NCBI RefSeq assembly: GCF_964355755.1
Contig: NC_092670.1
Coordinates: forward strand, 20,384,795 to 20,448,794
Direction of reading: 5' to 3'
Source of the DNA: Antedon mediterranea
Taxonomy: Eukaryota > Animalia > Echinodermata
Length of the DNA: 64,000 bases
Shown: piece after piece, positions 27,160-39,583 of the stretch
How the letters are laid out: the number at the start of each line of letters is the position of its first letter
How positions within the stretch are numbered: the first letter of the stretch is position 1
Made by a program: the position numbers and the translations under genes
The notes under the pieces: model-generated
What the model was told of the DNA's origin: nothing
Databases searched by the model: none
What the model saw: only the letters and a program-made list of their open reading frames with translations

Positions 27160-27228
27160 AAGTCGCCGAACCAAGACTCCAACCCTACCCCTTCTGCTTG
27201 GTATGCAGATGTCCTAACCATGATACAT
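27160..27228 (-). mobile_element. Degenerate tRNA-like SINE head
   Basis: Minus strand reads GTATCATGGTTAGGACATCTGCATACCAAGCAGAAGGGGTAGGGTTGGAGTCTTGGTTCGGCG, a decayed A/B-box pattern that is not an intact tRNA. Confidence 0.4.
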
Positions 27229-30200
27229 TTTGTTTATATTTCACAAGCATTACATTATTGTCACATTTTCAGAAAGGAAAACAAGATCAAAAAATGCACC
27301 AAAGCCATTAACCACTGTGTTGGAAATAAGCTTGGGATGTGCATAAGTAGGGGAGATAGTGATGATATGATTTGCTGTTCATCTTGCCAAAGCTGGCAAC
27401 ATACAGAATGTGCGGGTGTAAATGCATCGATTTTCTCAGGAGATGTAAAGTTTATTTGCTGTGGCACAGCAAATAAAGACGACGTTATTTGGTATGGTAA
27501 ATTTAATTCTTAAATTATATCTCAAGAGGCAATGCATGCAATAAATCTCAACCACATGCACCCCATAACAACATGAATAAAATAGAAACATTAATAATAA
27601 TAATTATTATTATATATTATTTATTAAGTTTTGTATTATACTGTACAAAAGAATTCTTTTTTTTTAATAAACTACTTTATATTATTCAGTATTACAGTAA
27701 ATTAGTAACAACATTTTTTTTCTTTTAAATTATAAATTATAGTGTTCTACAATGGCCAAAATACAAACGAGGCGGGGAAATGAAGGATAAAACAGTCTCT
27801 ACACTAATGTCCGATGTTGCATCAACAAACGTAAATTGTGGAATTTCAAGCGCAATTGTTGATTTTTATGTCAGGTATTCATATTTATTTATTTATATTT
27901 ATTTAACACCTAAATAGATTTCTGTCATTTGATTGGATTGATGGATTTAGGTCACATGATAAAAAGTAAAAAAAAAAGAACTGGTGATCTCCGGTTGACA
28001 TTGTTTGTAGGTAAATTCCTTCTTTAGATGTTATAATAAAAACCAAATTAGGTATCCCAGCCTATCCCTACATTTCCATCTGAATCTAATGTAGGCTAGG
28101 CTTTTCATTCAATGTTATTAATGAAATGTCAAGAATCTAGATTTACATTGTAAATAGATTTTTTAAATATTTGTGCTACGGTACAAATAATTTTATTCGG
28201 TAAAAGATGAAAAAATCACCATCTTTCACCTCATGAAATTATTTATGCCATCACACTCATAAACATTCATTATTTGTATGATTTTTTATTTGAATCCAGT
28301 GGCTGGATCTCAATGGAGATACAAAATAAAATAAGCACTGAAAAAATGACAAATTAGCACACTGACAACAATGTTCTTGTGATTCAGATCATAATAGCAT
28401 ATAAATCTTTTTTTCTGTGCGCATTTTATAAAACAGGCTTAACGTAATTCGCATGGCGTTTGTGGTGCGGATAACTAACTCATCAAAGTGACAAGTTCAA
28501 GCCTAGTTAATATTTATTTTTTCTACCAGAAACAAGTTAAATATTGAAATATTTTTAAACTATCCTTTTTGAAAACACGTCAACAACACACCCAGTAGTG
28601 GATGCTAACTGCCTATTCTAAATTTTTTTACTAAATAAATTTTATAAAATGAACAACTGAATATCCAAATGGCATTTAATATGTTAGCATCATGTGGTTT
28701 TTTATAGTTATATACATCCCGACGTAAACATTACTGTTGGAAGGAACTTGCGATATATATTCTTTGTTTTACTTTGTACATACTGTAAGACTATGCAAAT
28801 ATACATCAGTACTTATACCTAAACAAATTACATCAACACTTTTTGTAGATGCCTCCAACAGGAGATGAACTCAAGAGTATTCATATTCAGCTCTATAGAT
28901 GCCCAGAAGGCTGTGGCAGATTTAGGCCGGAAACGTAACAAAAAATATATTAATTCACACCTTAATGGCGGAATAGAGGTGGTTGACAAAGAATTATTGA
29001 TATTCCCAACAAGACTGAGGTACAGTATTAGTTTTAGAATGTTTTACACATGGAACATAGCGTTGATAATTAATGGTAAACCTACAGTACTTTCTCAGTG
29101 GACGAGAATAACTGACTGACCGACATTTTGTGAAAAAATAAAGTACCAATTGTACCTTTTTTTAACCCTAGGTTTGAATGGCATTGGGTAGCAGTTTGTT
29201 TTCTGTTGGAAAAAACAAGGTAAAGTAAACTTTTACTTTGACACAAAAGGAACATTGGGATGCTCTGAAAGGGCCAACACAGTTGGCAATGAAGGGGCCA
29301 ACAAAGCAGCCCAAATTAAGTGCAGGTAGAACCGACGACAGGCCATTCAGATCAAATCGAAACAGAGAAGCATGATGGTGAAACGTATGTTGACACCCAA
29401 AACGTATAAAAACCATCTACATAGTCTACCTGGAGCAACATGTGTTGACTCAAGTACGCGCTTGACCATTAGCGTTTGATAGGTGGAGCAACCAAATATT
29501 GACATCGAAAAAACAGAGCAACATGTGTTGACTCCAGTCGTGTTTAAACATTTTAATTAGGTAGGCAGTGCACCCAGATGTTGACACCGAAAAACCTATA
29601 GAAACAATCTACATTATTCTTCCCGGAGCAACATGTGTTGACTCCAGAACGCGTTTGAGAATTGAGTTTTATAAACGGTGCAATTATGTTGACACTAAAA
29701 ATATAGAAACAACCTACGTTAGTCTACCTGGATTGTAGACTCCGATTGAACATATGATTATAATTGGCGGTGCAATCTACGCTGTCACCGAAAGAAAACA
29801 CAAATAAAATAAGTAAAACGATAAACTGTAAAAATAAGTATCAAACTTTGTTTAAGCTTGACGCTTAAGACCCAGTCATGCTTAAGAGTATACCAACCAG
29901 CCAGCACCCATGTTTACAACGCTGTATTTGACAAAGTTATGTGGATTGGTCTGATGTTCAGCTTGAAAGCGCTACTCGACCATTTTCCAAAAGTCATAAT
30001 GTCTTGGTGAGATTGTCCAAGTTGGTGAAAGTCTGTAGAACGACCTATTCTGAAAGAATGAGTGTCAAACTGTGTATGTTCCAGACTAGCATGGCGAGCT
30101 AATTGTTTAAGCGTCGAGGAAAACATTTTCCTATTCACTGGTGTTCCATTTTCAAGCAAGAAGAACAGGTCTGCCCTCAGTGGTCGCATCTTGACGTAGC

Positions 30201-31773
30201 GTTGCAATGCTTTCACTGGGTATATTGGGCTTCCGGGTTGTTGGTGCAAGACGAAAGGAGGTGAGGAACGCTTAGAGTGTTTGAAATCAGTTAGAATTAG
30301 TGTGTGTTCTGCGGCCTTGTAGACTACTGCTTAGCTGGCTCTGAGGCATGCAAAGTAACAGATTATGAACAAGGCCCTGTAGAGAATGGATTCGTATTTG
30401 GATTTCATGCTGCCTCGCTTATGTCCAATTAGCGTTGGTATCGGAGGTGATCGGCAGATCGGTTTAGATAAAGAGTTCTTTTTTTTGTTTTCGCTACTCC
30501 TCTGCATAAAATGCTGACTGCTGAATTTGTGTTAGGGTCTTCCATAAATGATGCCCTGTGCACGAATGACACTGCGCTAAGGTAGTTTCGAATCGTGGAA
30601 ATCGCCAGTGCATTTTTAGTCAGCTTACTTACGTAGAGAACAATTGTCTGTGGAGTCGCTGGTAGTGGAAGGCTTAGTGATTTCCTAAATTGGTTAAAAT
30701 GGTGCCATTTCCTTTTATAGATACTAGCATTCCTTTGCTTAGTAAATTCCACATTATCTCTCGTGTGAGCTTGAGTTGTTTAGGGGTTCGAAGTTGATTG
30801 GTTGTAAGTGCTTTGGTATTTTTAGAGGTATGCGGTTCATACTGTGTTCCTTTAGCATGGTCTGAGCGTCACAAATCCTGTTTTGCTTACCAGGGATGTG
30901 CCTGGCTGTAAAATGAATGTTGCTCATGTAGTAACAAACGGATGATAGCGCAAACCACTCTCATGACCTTTTCGTTTGATGACGATTTTTTTTTTTAAGC
31001 ACATATACGTCAGCTAGGTTATCACAGTGGAAAACTACATGGGTGTTGGCTAGTTGATTTGCAAAATCGAAAGCATGACATAGATGGGTAAATTTCGAGA
31101 ACCAAAATGTTGAACATTGAATCCAGAACTTTTTGAAGGTCGCACCAAATGCATTTTTTTGTGGTTTTTTTTAGGCATCAGAGTAGAAGTGTAAACGCTG
31201 CAAGTCAGTTTTTGTAGGGGTAAGAAAAAATGGTAACGCCATTGTCTAAAAATGTCGGCCCAAATTTGGAGATCCTCCTTTGTTGAGTCAGAAAGCAGAA
31301 TTGTTGAAAGGGATTAGTTAGACCGGCCGGTAGGGCATAAAGCCTTCTTAGGAACGCCAGTCCAGAGGGTATAACGCAGGTGGCAAATTGTAGCTTTTCA
31401 ATAAGAGATTGGAGGGCTCTCAATGTAGTTGAGTGAAGTGTGTGAGGAAGTTTTGAACTTCAAAGGGAGTAACGTAATTTTATTTTCTCAGATGTTCAAT
31501 ACCAAGGAAAGAAATGGTGGTGGTGGGTGAAATTGTTTTGTGCGGTGCTAGAGGTATGCCAACGCGGTCAGCAAGCGCCTTGGATATCTTCAAGGAGTTC
31601 GCACACAGTTGGTGTGTGTCTTCAATGACGAGGATGTCGTCTAATATTTTCACGTTATTGGGCTGTTGTAACTTTTTTGTAAGGATATATTTCACTCCGT
31701 CAGAAAACTTATTGAATATTTGACACTAAGATCCGCCGCCTTGGGGAAGCGTTTTATCGTAGTAATACTGGCC

Positions 31774-34700
31774 ATCGATCTTGCACATGAAATACGACCA
31801 AACGAAAACAACAATAACATTCAACCCACAAAAGCAAACAATACCACACCAATGTCTGATTCATCAGTATCTACACCTAAGCATGACGACCCTCTTTTCT
31901 TTCCATCCGCAGGTGAACGTTTCATTCAGGAAATGTTTGATAAAATAGTAAAAGAAAAAGATGATTCGAACAACAACACAAAATGAGTGATGGTATCACC
32001 AACAAATCAATCGTAGAAGAAAGTGAAGAAGACAAAGAATCAACCGAGAGAGATGAAATGCATGGCCCGTCAGACTTACTAGTAGCAGCAACAACGTTCA
32101 AAGCAAAATTACCTCGTTCATCGTGCCACAAAGTCACCCCGAGCAAAAGGACAATATACAAGAACAAGAGCAAGAAAAAGAGGATTCAACGGTTCCCGCC
32201 CAACAAAGTGAACAGAAACCAAATTCATCTTCAAGTGCGGCAAAAAAACCAAAAAAGAAAAAAAAACGACGAGGTAGCAGCAAGTCATCATAAATCAATT
32301 GTGTGAGTTACTATAGATATAACTCACTTATAATTGTCAGATTAAGCATTCGTAAAACTGTTTTGTAATAAAATAAAATTTATTATCCAAAAAAAAAATT
32401 TTAAAGTGAATAGAAAACCAAAAAATAATGCCCTACATTTAATCTCATTAAATGCAAGAGGTATACAAGAAAATTATAAAAAAAGAAAAGTGTTTAACTA
32501 TTGCGAAGAGCAAAATGCAGACATAATATTCCTACAGGAAACGCATTTCGATAAAAAGAAAAAATCTATAGATTTGTTGTGGAAAGGCGAAAGCTACCAT
32601 AGTTTCGGCACAACAAACAGTAGAGGCGTTTCAATACTGTTTAAAACAAGGTTTGATTTAAAAAACATAACATGTAAATATATTGCCGAGGAAGGTAGAA
32701 TTCTCATACTATGTTTTATTCATAATAAGACCACCTTTAACCTCGTAAATGTTTATGCTCCAAACAATTGCAAGAAAGAGCAATATTTTTTAAGAAACTT
32801 GAAAATAAGATAAACACATTATGTGATGTAACTAATGAATACATAATAATAGGAGGTGACATGAATTGCATATTAGATAAACGGTAGATCAGAAAAACAG
32901 CGTGAATAGCTACGATAAATCACCAATAGCATTAAAAAAATGCATGAATAAGTTACATTTAATTGATATATGGAGACAAAGTCATAAAGATAAATCCCAA
33001 TTTACATGGAGAAGAAAGGATATGTACAGAAGGTTAGACTTTTGGTGCATATCAAACGCCCTTTATAAAAATGGTGACATCATTTCTACAGATATTCGAC
33101 CTTGTATCTTCTCTGATCATCAAGCTATATCTTTGAAAATAATAAATGATGAAAAAAAGAAAGGTCCAGGATTCTGGAAACTAAACAGTAAGGTCTTGAA
33201 TGATGAAATATATGCGTTAAATGTTATACACATAATTGAAAAGACAAAAAAAAAATGAATACAACTTTGAAACCTGACAGCTTATGGGAACACTTAAAAG
33301 TTAAAATAAAAGAGTTCTCATGTAAATATTGTTCAAGAAAGAAAATAAAAAAAAATTATACTAAAGAAAAGTTGATAAAAGAAGTTAGCGAACTTACAAA
33401 AAAACTTGATTCAACCTACAGCCAAGAAACTGACTGTCAATTAAAAAATAAAATAAAACAACTTGATGAAATATACACATCTGAGGCCCAAGGAGCCCAA
33501 ATCCCAAAGTTTTTTCTCGGCCTTGAAAAAAAATAATGGAAAAAGAAAACAAATTACTACCCTATTAAAAACTAATGGAAAGTACACTACCGACACTAAT
33601 GAAATTTTAAGAGAACAGGTCAATTTTTACAAAAACTTATATTCCAAAAAAAATATTTCTGTTAATATATAGCTATCTTGAAAAATCAAAATCCAAAACA
33701 CTTTAATTAAATGACAGTATGCAATGTGAAGGTTTACTAGCTTTAGATGAATTAACAAGTGCTCTTCATAAAATGCACTTGAATAAAAGTCTGGGGTGTG
33801 ATGGACTAAGTGTAGAATTTTACAGGTTTTTTTGGAATCATATAAAAGAAATTTTATGTGCATCCTTAATTTATAGCTATAATAAAAGTAAATTACCTAA
33901 AACACAAAAAATGGGAATAATAAAATTATTATTTAAAAATGGAAAAAGAGAATTACTAACAAACTGGAGATTATAAAATAATGGCCCATGCCCTATCGGG
34001 TAGAATACAAAAAGTAATTGCCCCAATTATTGATTCCGAGCAAAAAGGTTATATCAACGGACGATTTGGAGGAGAAAACATACGTTTAGTCGAAGACGTT
34101 CTTTTCCAGACCAATACATGTAACTTACCAGGAGCAATAGTTTTTCTAGACTTTGCAAAGGCCTTCGATTCGTTAGATAGAAACTTTATTTTTAAATGCC
34201 TCCAAAAGTTTGGCTTTGGAATGTTATTTACAAAATGGATTACTTTGTTATATACAGAAACAGAATGTATTATAGCAAATAATAAATGGCTATCTGAAAG
34301 TTTTCAGATGGAAAGTGGAGTAAGACAAGGATGTCCTCTGTCTGCTCTTTTATTCACACTTGCTGTTGAAATAATGGCTAACAATATAAGAGATAATCCT
34401 CTATGTAAAGGCATTATGTTACCATGTAATATAGATAATGTAAATGAAATTACTGTTAAAATTTGTCAATTAGCAGATGACACCGTCTTATTTACACAAG
34501 ACGAGACTAGTTTAAAACACTTTTTGAAAGAAATAGAGGTTTTTTGTAATATATCTGGATTAAAATTAAATAAAGAAAAAACTAAAGGAATGTGGATTGG
34601 TTCCAGCAAAAATAATGAAACAGCACCTTTTAATCTAACATGGACGAAGAATCCAGTTAAATTCTTAGGGATATATGTCGGCTACAATAAAAGAGGGTGC

Positions 34701-37512
34701 GAAGAAAAGAACTGGAATGAAAAAATCACTAAACTTGATCAGATATTACAATTATGGCAAAAAAGAAACCTCTATTTTTTTGGAAAAATAATTATTATAA
34801 AAACATTTGCAATTTCCAAACTTGTATATAATGCTAGTGTCATAAATGTGCCTAAATATGTATTCCCAAAAGTAGAAAAGGTATTATATAGATTTTTGTG
34901 GGATAATAAAAGAGAAAAAATAAAAGAAAAACCCTTATAAATTCAATATTAGAAGGTGGTCTAAGGTACATCTTAGCACAATGGTTAGTTCGTTAAAACT
35001 TAGTTGGGTTAAGAAATTGTTAAGCCCTGACCCAGGTAAATGGAAATATTTACCAAAACATTATATGTATCCATTTAATTATACTGTCAATACTAGTGAG
35101 CCCAATTTTGAAAGTCATGTAGAACTGAAATGTATGCCTGAATTTTATAAAGAAATGTTAAAAGTGTTAGTGTATTTTAACAATATAAGTATTACATATC
35201 TGCAAAATGTAAACGAAGTTGAAAAACAACATTTGTGGGAAAACACTTTTATAAAATGCAGTGGAAAAACATTATATTTTAAAAGTTGGATACAAGCAGG
35301 GTATAAAACAATAAAAGATATACTAGATTTGAACTCGTCACTACGGACGAGTTAGGTTATCCGCAGAGCAAACGCCACGTGCACGTCATACGTTAGAATA
35401 TTGCGCAGAGAAAACCATTATGCCATTGAAAAAATGTTAGTGCGCTCTCTATTTTACGTCACGCCTAAGTATACACAGTATACACTATATATTGTATACG
35501 TACTACATACAGTGAAGAATATGTGAAAATAAGTGGCCCAAGTTATTGACGCTTTTGGACATGATGACGTCATCACAATTTTAAAAACGGTATATCATGC
35601 GAAAGATAATTGATTGGCATAGACAATATAAAAAAATGGGGGGAAATGGAATTTGGATAAGTGGAGATGCGCTCTATTAAATGTGATGAGCTATGACGAA
35701 AGAGACAAAAATCCTATATTTTATATTCGAGTGGCCATACGATGACGTCACTATGTCCTGTTAGCCATATCGATGCATGATTCGATATCTACAACTCATC
35801 AACTTTCAGAATGTGTAATTTCAAAAAAGTTCACCTCGTAGTTTACAATCTATGACTGTTTTAAAAAAGGCATAATTTTGACAAATTTTTGAACTTTTTC
35901 TTCAAAAACGCGCGCAAATTGTTCAATTCTACGTGCTCGTATGACGTGATTTTAAGTCGAAATTGATTGAAAGTTTGTAAATTTACTAGAAAAGGCTGAA
36001 AAAACAAAAATCAAGCAAAAAAAAGATGTTTTTGCGCTACGTGCGCACGCGCGCGTAAAAAAATGCGCACGCCTGGGAATTTTTGAAATGCTCAAAATGC
36101 CCTGAAACGCGTAGAAAGTTGATTAGAAATGGATATTTCGCAATTTGAAATTTTAAACGCGCGTGCGCGCGTAACTTTATGTCAAACATGCCATTTTTAA
36201 TCCATAGAAAGTTTGCGCATGATATAACTTAAATTTTCACGAAGTTTCAATAGAAAATGACTTTTGGTTTTCAATCTATGATCAATCATTGAAATTCATA
36301 AAATCGCACGTAACTTACGCTGCGCGACTCCAAATTCATAAAAAAAAGTTTCTTGCACATCTACAGCTACAGGGCAATCTTATGACAAAGTTATAGAATC
36401 TTATGTTGACTAGAATTAGAGATACGCTGCGAACAAAAATCGTGGAAAGAAAGAAGAAAATAGAAAAAAAAAGAGAAAAAAAATAAAAAAGATCCTGACA
36501 ATAACAAGGGGTTATCCGCCAAGTGCGGATAACCAAATAGTTAATCACAGATTAATGACTCCGACAGAATTGATACCCACCCTTTCAGAGCAACAAAATG
36601 GAATAATTGAATATTTTACGATTGTAAATGCAATTCCCTCAAATTGGAAGAAAATATTTATAACAATAAAAAAGAGAGAGAAACAAGAAGTACAAACAAT
36701 ATATTGTAAAAAGTATAAAAATTCATTTTATTATAAGCACATTATCAACAATATATCTATTACACCATTTTGTCAATCAAAATGGGAAACAGAATTTAGA
36801 AATGTGAACTTTAAGTGGAATGAAATATGGTTAAAAAAAGTCTATAGCATGAAACATGTAACAAAAGTAGCACAATTTAATTTTAAACTGCTACATCGGA
36901 TTCTGGCATGTAAACAACGAATGAAGATATGGAAAATATCCTCTGAAGAAATGTGCGAACACTGCCAAAACGAAATTGAGACAGACAAGCACATGCTATT
37001 GAAATGTAAAAGTATCCAAAAAGTATGGACAAAATTCAACAACATGATTCTAAAATGCTATACACTTGAAGAAACCGTACATGATTGGCTAGACATTGTT
37101 ATTGGAACAAAAAGTGAAAATGTCAATTAATTATTATCATTGTTTACTTTTTGTATTTATAAAACAAATTTTATTAAATCATTAGAAAAGCATTAAAAAA
37201 TGAGATCAAAAGTCGTCTGGAACTTGTTCCGATTTGAGCTAAAAAATCTTATACAGAATCAATATACTTGTAACATAAACAAGGCAAAAAAGAAATGGGG
37301 TAACTTAAAAAGAAAATTATTAACATGTATTTCTTAAAATTACATGTATTAATTTTTAATTGTTTCATTATTATTTTATTTATTTTTTATTTATATATTT
37401 ATATTTAAAACATTTTTTTAATGACATTTTATACAATTTCTATATATAACTACAATGTGTAATATGAAGAATGAAGTAAAAGTGGGTTGGCCCCACGAAA
37501 GAGAAAAAAAAA
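31774..37512 (+). mobile_element. L1/Tx1-clade LINE, frameshifted
   Basis: APE endonuclease (SLNARG, LQETH, VNVYAPN, GGDMN, RLDF, SDHQA), RT (FLDFAKAFDS, GVRQGCPLS, QLADDT) and a C-terminal CCHC (CEHC..ETDKHMLLKC). A-rich tail, with a TSD GTAGT(T)AATACTGGCC at 31759-31773 and 37513-37528. Confidence 0.93.
35322..36538 (-). mobile_element. Non-autonomous Helentron/Helitron2-like element inside the Tx1 ORF2
   Basis: Minus strand: 5' GGTTATCCGC-ACTTG-GCGGATAACC hairpin; 3' GCGGATAACC, AACTCGTC..GACGAGTT stem-loop, then CTAGT. No TSD. Removing it rejoins the LINE frame (KTIKDI|VNHRLMTP). Confidence 0.8.
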
Positions 37513-38713
37513 GTAGTTAATACTGGCCTAACCACGTGAAACCTGTGAGGTGGTATTGAGTGGGATGTAAATGTATTAGTCTGTATGCGTCACTGGTGTC
37601 CTGGTAGCCATGAATGCCGGGTGATTGTATTTGTCTATTATGTCAATTGCGTTGGAAATTGTTTCATAATGAACTGTTATGCAAAACCCAGGGATGTTGT
37701 AATTGACAGCGTTTGAGTCGTAGGGATAGGAGAGGTTGTGGAGGATACGACATTTTTCAGGTACGGAATTTCCGGAAGGTTGTTGATGATAGCTTGGGAT
37801 TTAGTTGCTGTAAAAGCAGCCCCATGTAAGGTAGAAGCCATGAGCGAAACATTGGGTTAAGTAAGCGTGGTGTTTGTAACCAGATAGGAGTGCGCTTATT
37901 CTAGTGGGAATTATTGGGATCCCGAGCACTGAAAAACGAGTGGCAATACTGACAGTTTGTCTGGACACATCTAGTGAATCTGTTAGTGTTATGGTAGGAG
38001 ATACAGAAGCTGAGTGGACGCTCCACGGTTGGATGGGTTAGAGGTTTATGGTGAGCTCGTTGCGTCTAGTTTATAGAGGAAGTCGGCTCGAACCGATGAC
38101 CAAGAGCAAAGTGTGTACTCCCTAGCCATTCGAAATTGTCAGTCGTAAAAGTACCATTAATTTGGATGACTGCGCATGAGGTCTTTAATATACTTAAAAT
38201 AAGTAAAGATGTCCTGCGTGTATTTACTTAAATAAAATTCGTTTAAGGTGCAGCAGCATTTGGGCTTAGGCACAAGTTCAAAGGTACCAGTGAACGTTAG
38301 CGTCAAAGCTTCCGCTGCGCTGTTGAAGTCGAGAAGATTGTGCAGCTCAATGAATTTGTGGGAGATTATTTTCTCTTTAAGTTTTTGACAAGGTAGGGGG
38401 GTTTGAGGAAGAGCTGCCGATGTGTGCAAAATATTTGCCAGTTTAGCGTAGCATCAAGAAAGAAAAACAACAAGTTATTATTTATTTCTTTTGAATGTAA
38501 AACAATGGGAAAATAATGTTGATTAAGCATAAATGGTGTCACCAGTGTATTGCCTGGCATTTTGTTTTGTTTATTCTGTTTAATTATGTATTTATTTTCC
38601 TCTAAAATCTGGTTCCGGATTGTCCACAGTGACTGCAGTAATAACAGATAATAATATTGTTGTTATTTATTGGCATAAGTTAGCATAAGAAGCTCCGTGC
38701 ATTAAAGCAGACC

Positions 38714-38980
38714 TTACTTTTTAACTAGGTCATTCGATCCGAGGTCGATTATCAAAATATCTGGTTTGAATGTTGCCACTTGATTTACAAAATTAGTTAG
38801 GTCGTTTATCTTTAGGCCGGGCACCCCCCAAAGAACAGTATTATCATAGTGATGGCTGATTCGGAATTCAGACAAAGGTCGATGTGAACCAAGTATAGAG
38901 TCGGACGAATTACCCAAGCCGTGATGGAAAGCGAGGCTTTCGCTCAAACCGGAAACGAATGAGTTGAGCCTAGGACACAA
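38714..38980 (-). pseudogene. SGNH/GDSL hydrolase-like fragment associated with the DIRS/Ngaro element
   Basis: LWGVPGLKI (block II) and KPDILIIDLGSNDL (block III, GxND). Blocks I and V are not seen. Confidence 0.65.
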
Positions 38981-39346
38981 CCAGACAACATAATTACAGT
39001 AAAGTACGAAAAATCGAACAAAATGGGGGTAAGATAAGGTGTTAGATCAATTCCAGTCAAAGTATATTGTGTGAGTACACACAGCCTATAAGTGTATGAG
39101 GATAAAATGAACTGGTAAATGTAAAAGTTAAAATTATTTTACTTAGCCAAAAACTGGCGTGGTAATCTGTTGACAGCGTGAGTTGAAAAGGATGAGGTGC
39201 TCACGCTGTCAAAAGATGATTGCGAGGGCGCCCCGCAATCACGTGATATTTTCTCTACTGAATTTATTGTTGTATATAATGATATTTTTTTAACGAAATG
39301 CCTTTTTACAGTTTCATAAACTTCAACCCTGACTACTTATTTCATA

Positions 39347-39583
39347 GCTTTTGGAGGCGTGCCTTTATAACTATGCCTTTTGTTTGTTAACATCTTTGAT
39401 TGGCTGATTTGTTTTATTATGTAATTTTGTGACTTATATTATGTTATCCTTTGTTACAATTCTTTTCACCTGATGATGGGCTATGCCCGAAACATGTCGT
39501 AAGAATAAATCTATATTGAGGCAGTTTTAACTTATTTGATCTTGATTTTTTTCTATATCCTGCCTATGCAGCTCTTTGATTTA
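39347..39583 (+). mobile_element. Penelope-like element terminal fragment with a 13-bp flanking direct repeat
   Basis: TACTTATTTCATA at 39334-39346 and 39584-39596; the insert contains a hammerhead core followed by AATAAA. Confidence 0.75.
39462..39505 (+). ncRNA. Minimal type I hammerhead ribozyme (Penelope-type)
   Basis: CTGATGA-T-GGGC(TAT)GCCC-GAAAC-ATGTC-GT: conserved CUGAUGA and GAAA cores, 4-bp stem II, palindromic ACATGT stem III and a GUC cleavage triplet. Confidence 0.75.

Larger units (their letters stand above)
29150..39245 (-). mobile_element. DIRS/Ngaro-type tyrosine-recombinase retrotransposon, degenerate, split by a LINE
   Basis: YR at 29914-30752 (THSFRIGRST..GKWSSSAFKLNIR). 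RT/RNase H at ~30800-31773 and 37513-37900 (GFTWLGQYYYDKTLPQG, KILDDIL, FLGIE). Gag at ~37920-38430 (WYFYD.QFR, C/H finger). SGNH-like ORF at 38714-38980. Boundaries are approximate. Confidence 0.88.

Noticed and set aside
29914-30752. Phage integrase, Crypton or bacterial contamination
   Set aside because: The recombinase is co-oriented with DIRS-type RT/RNase H and gag, so it belongs to a YR retrotransposon.
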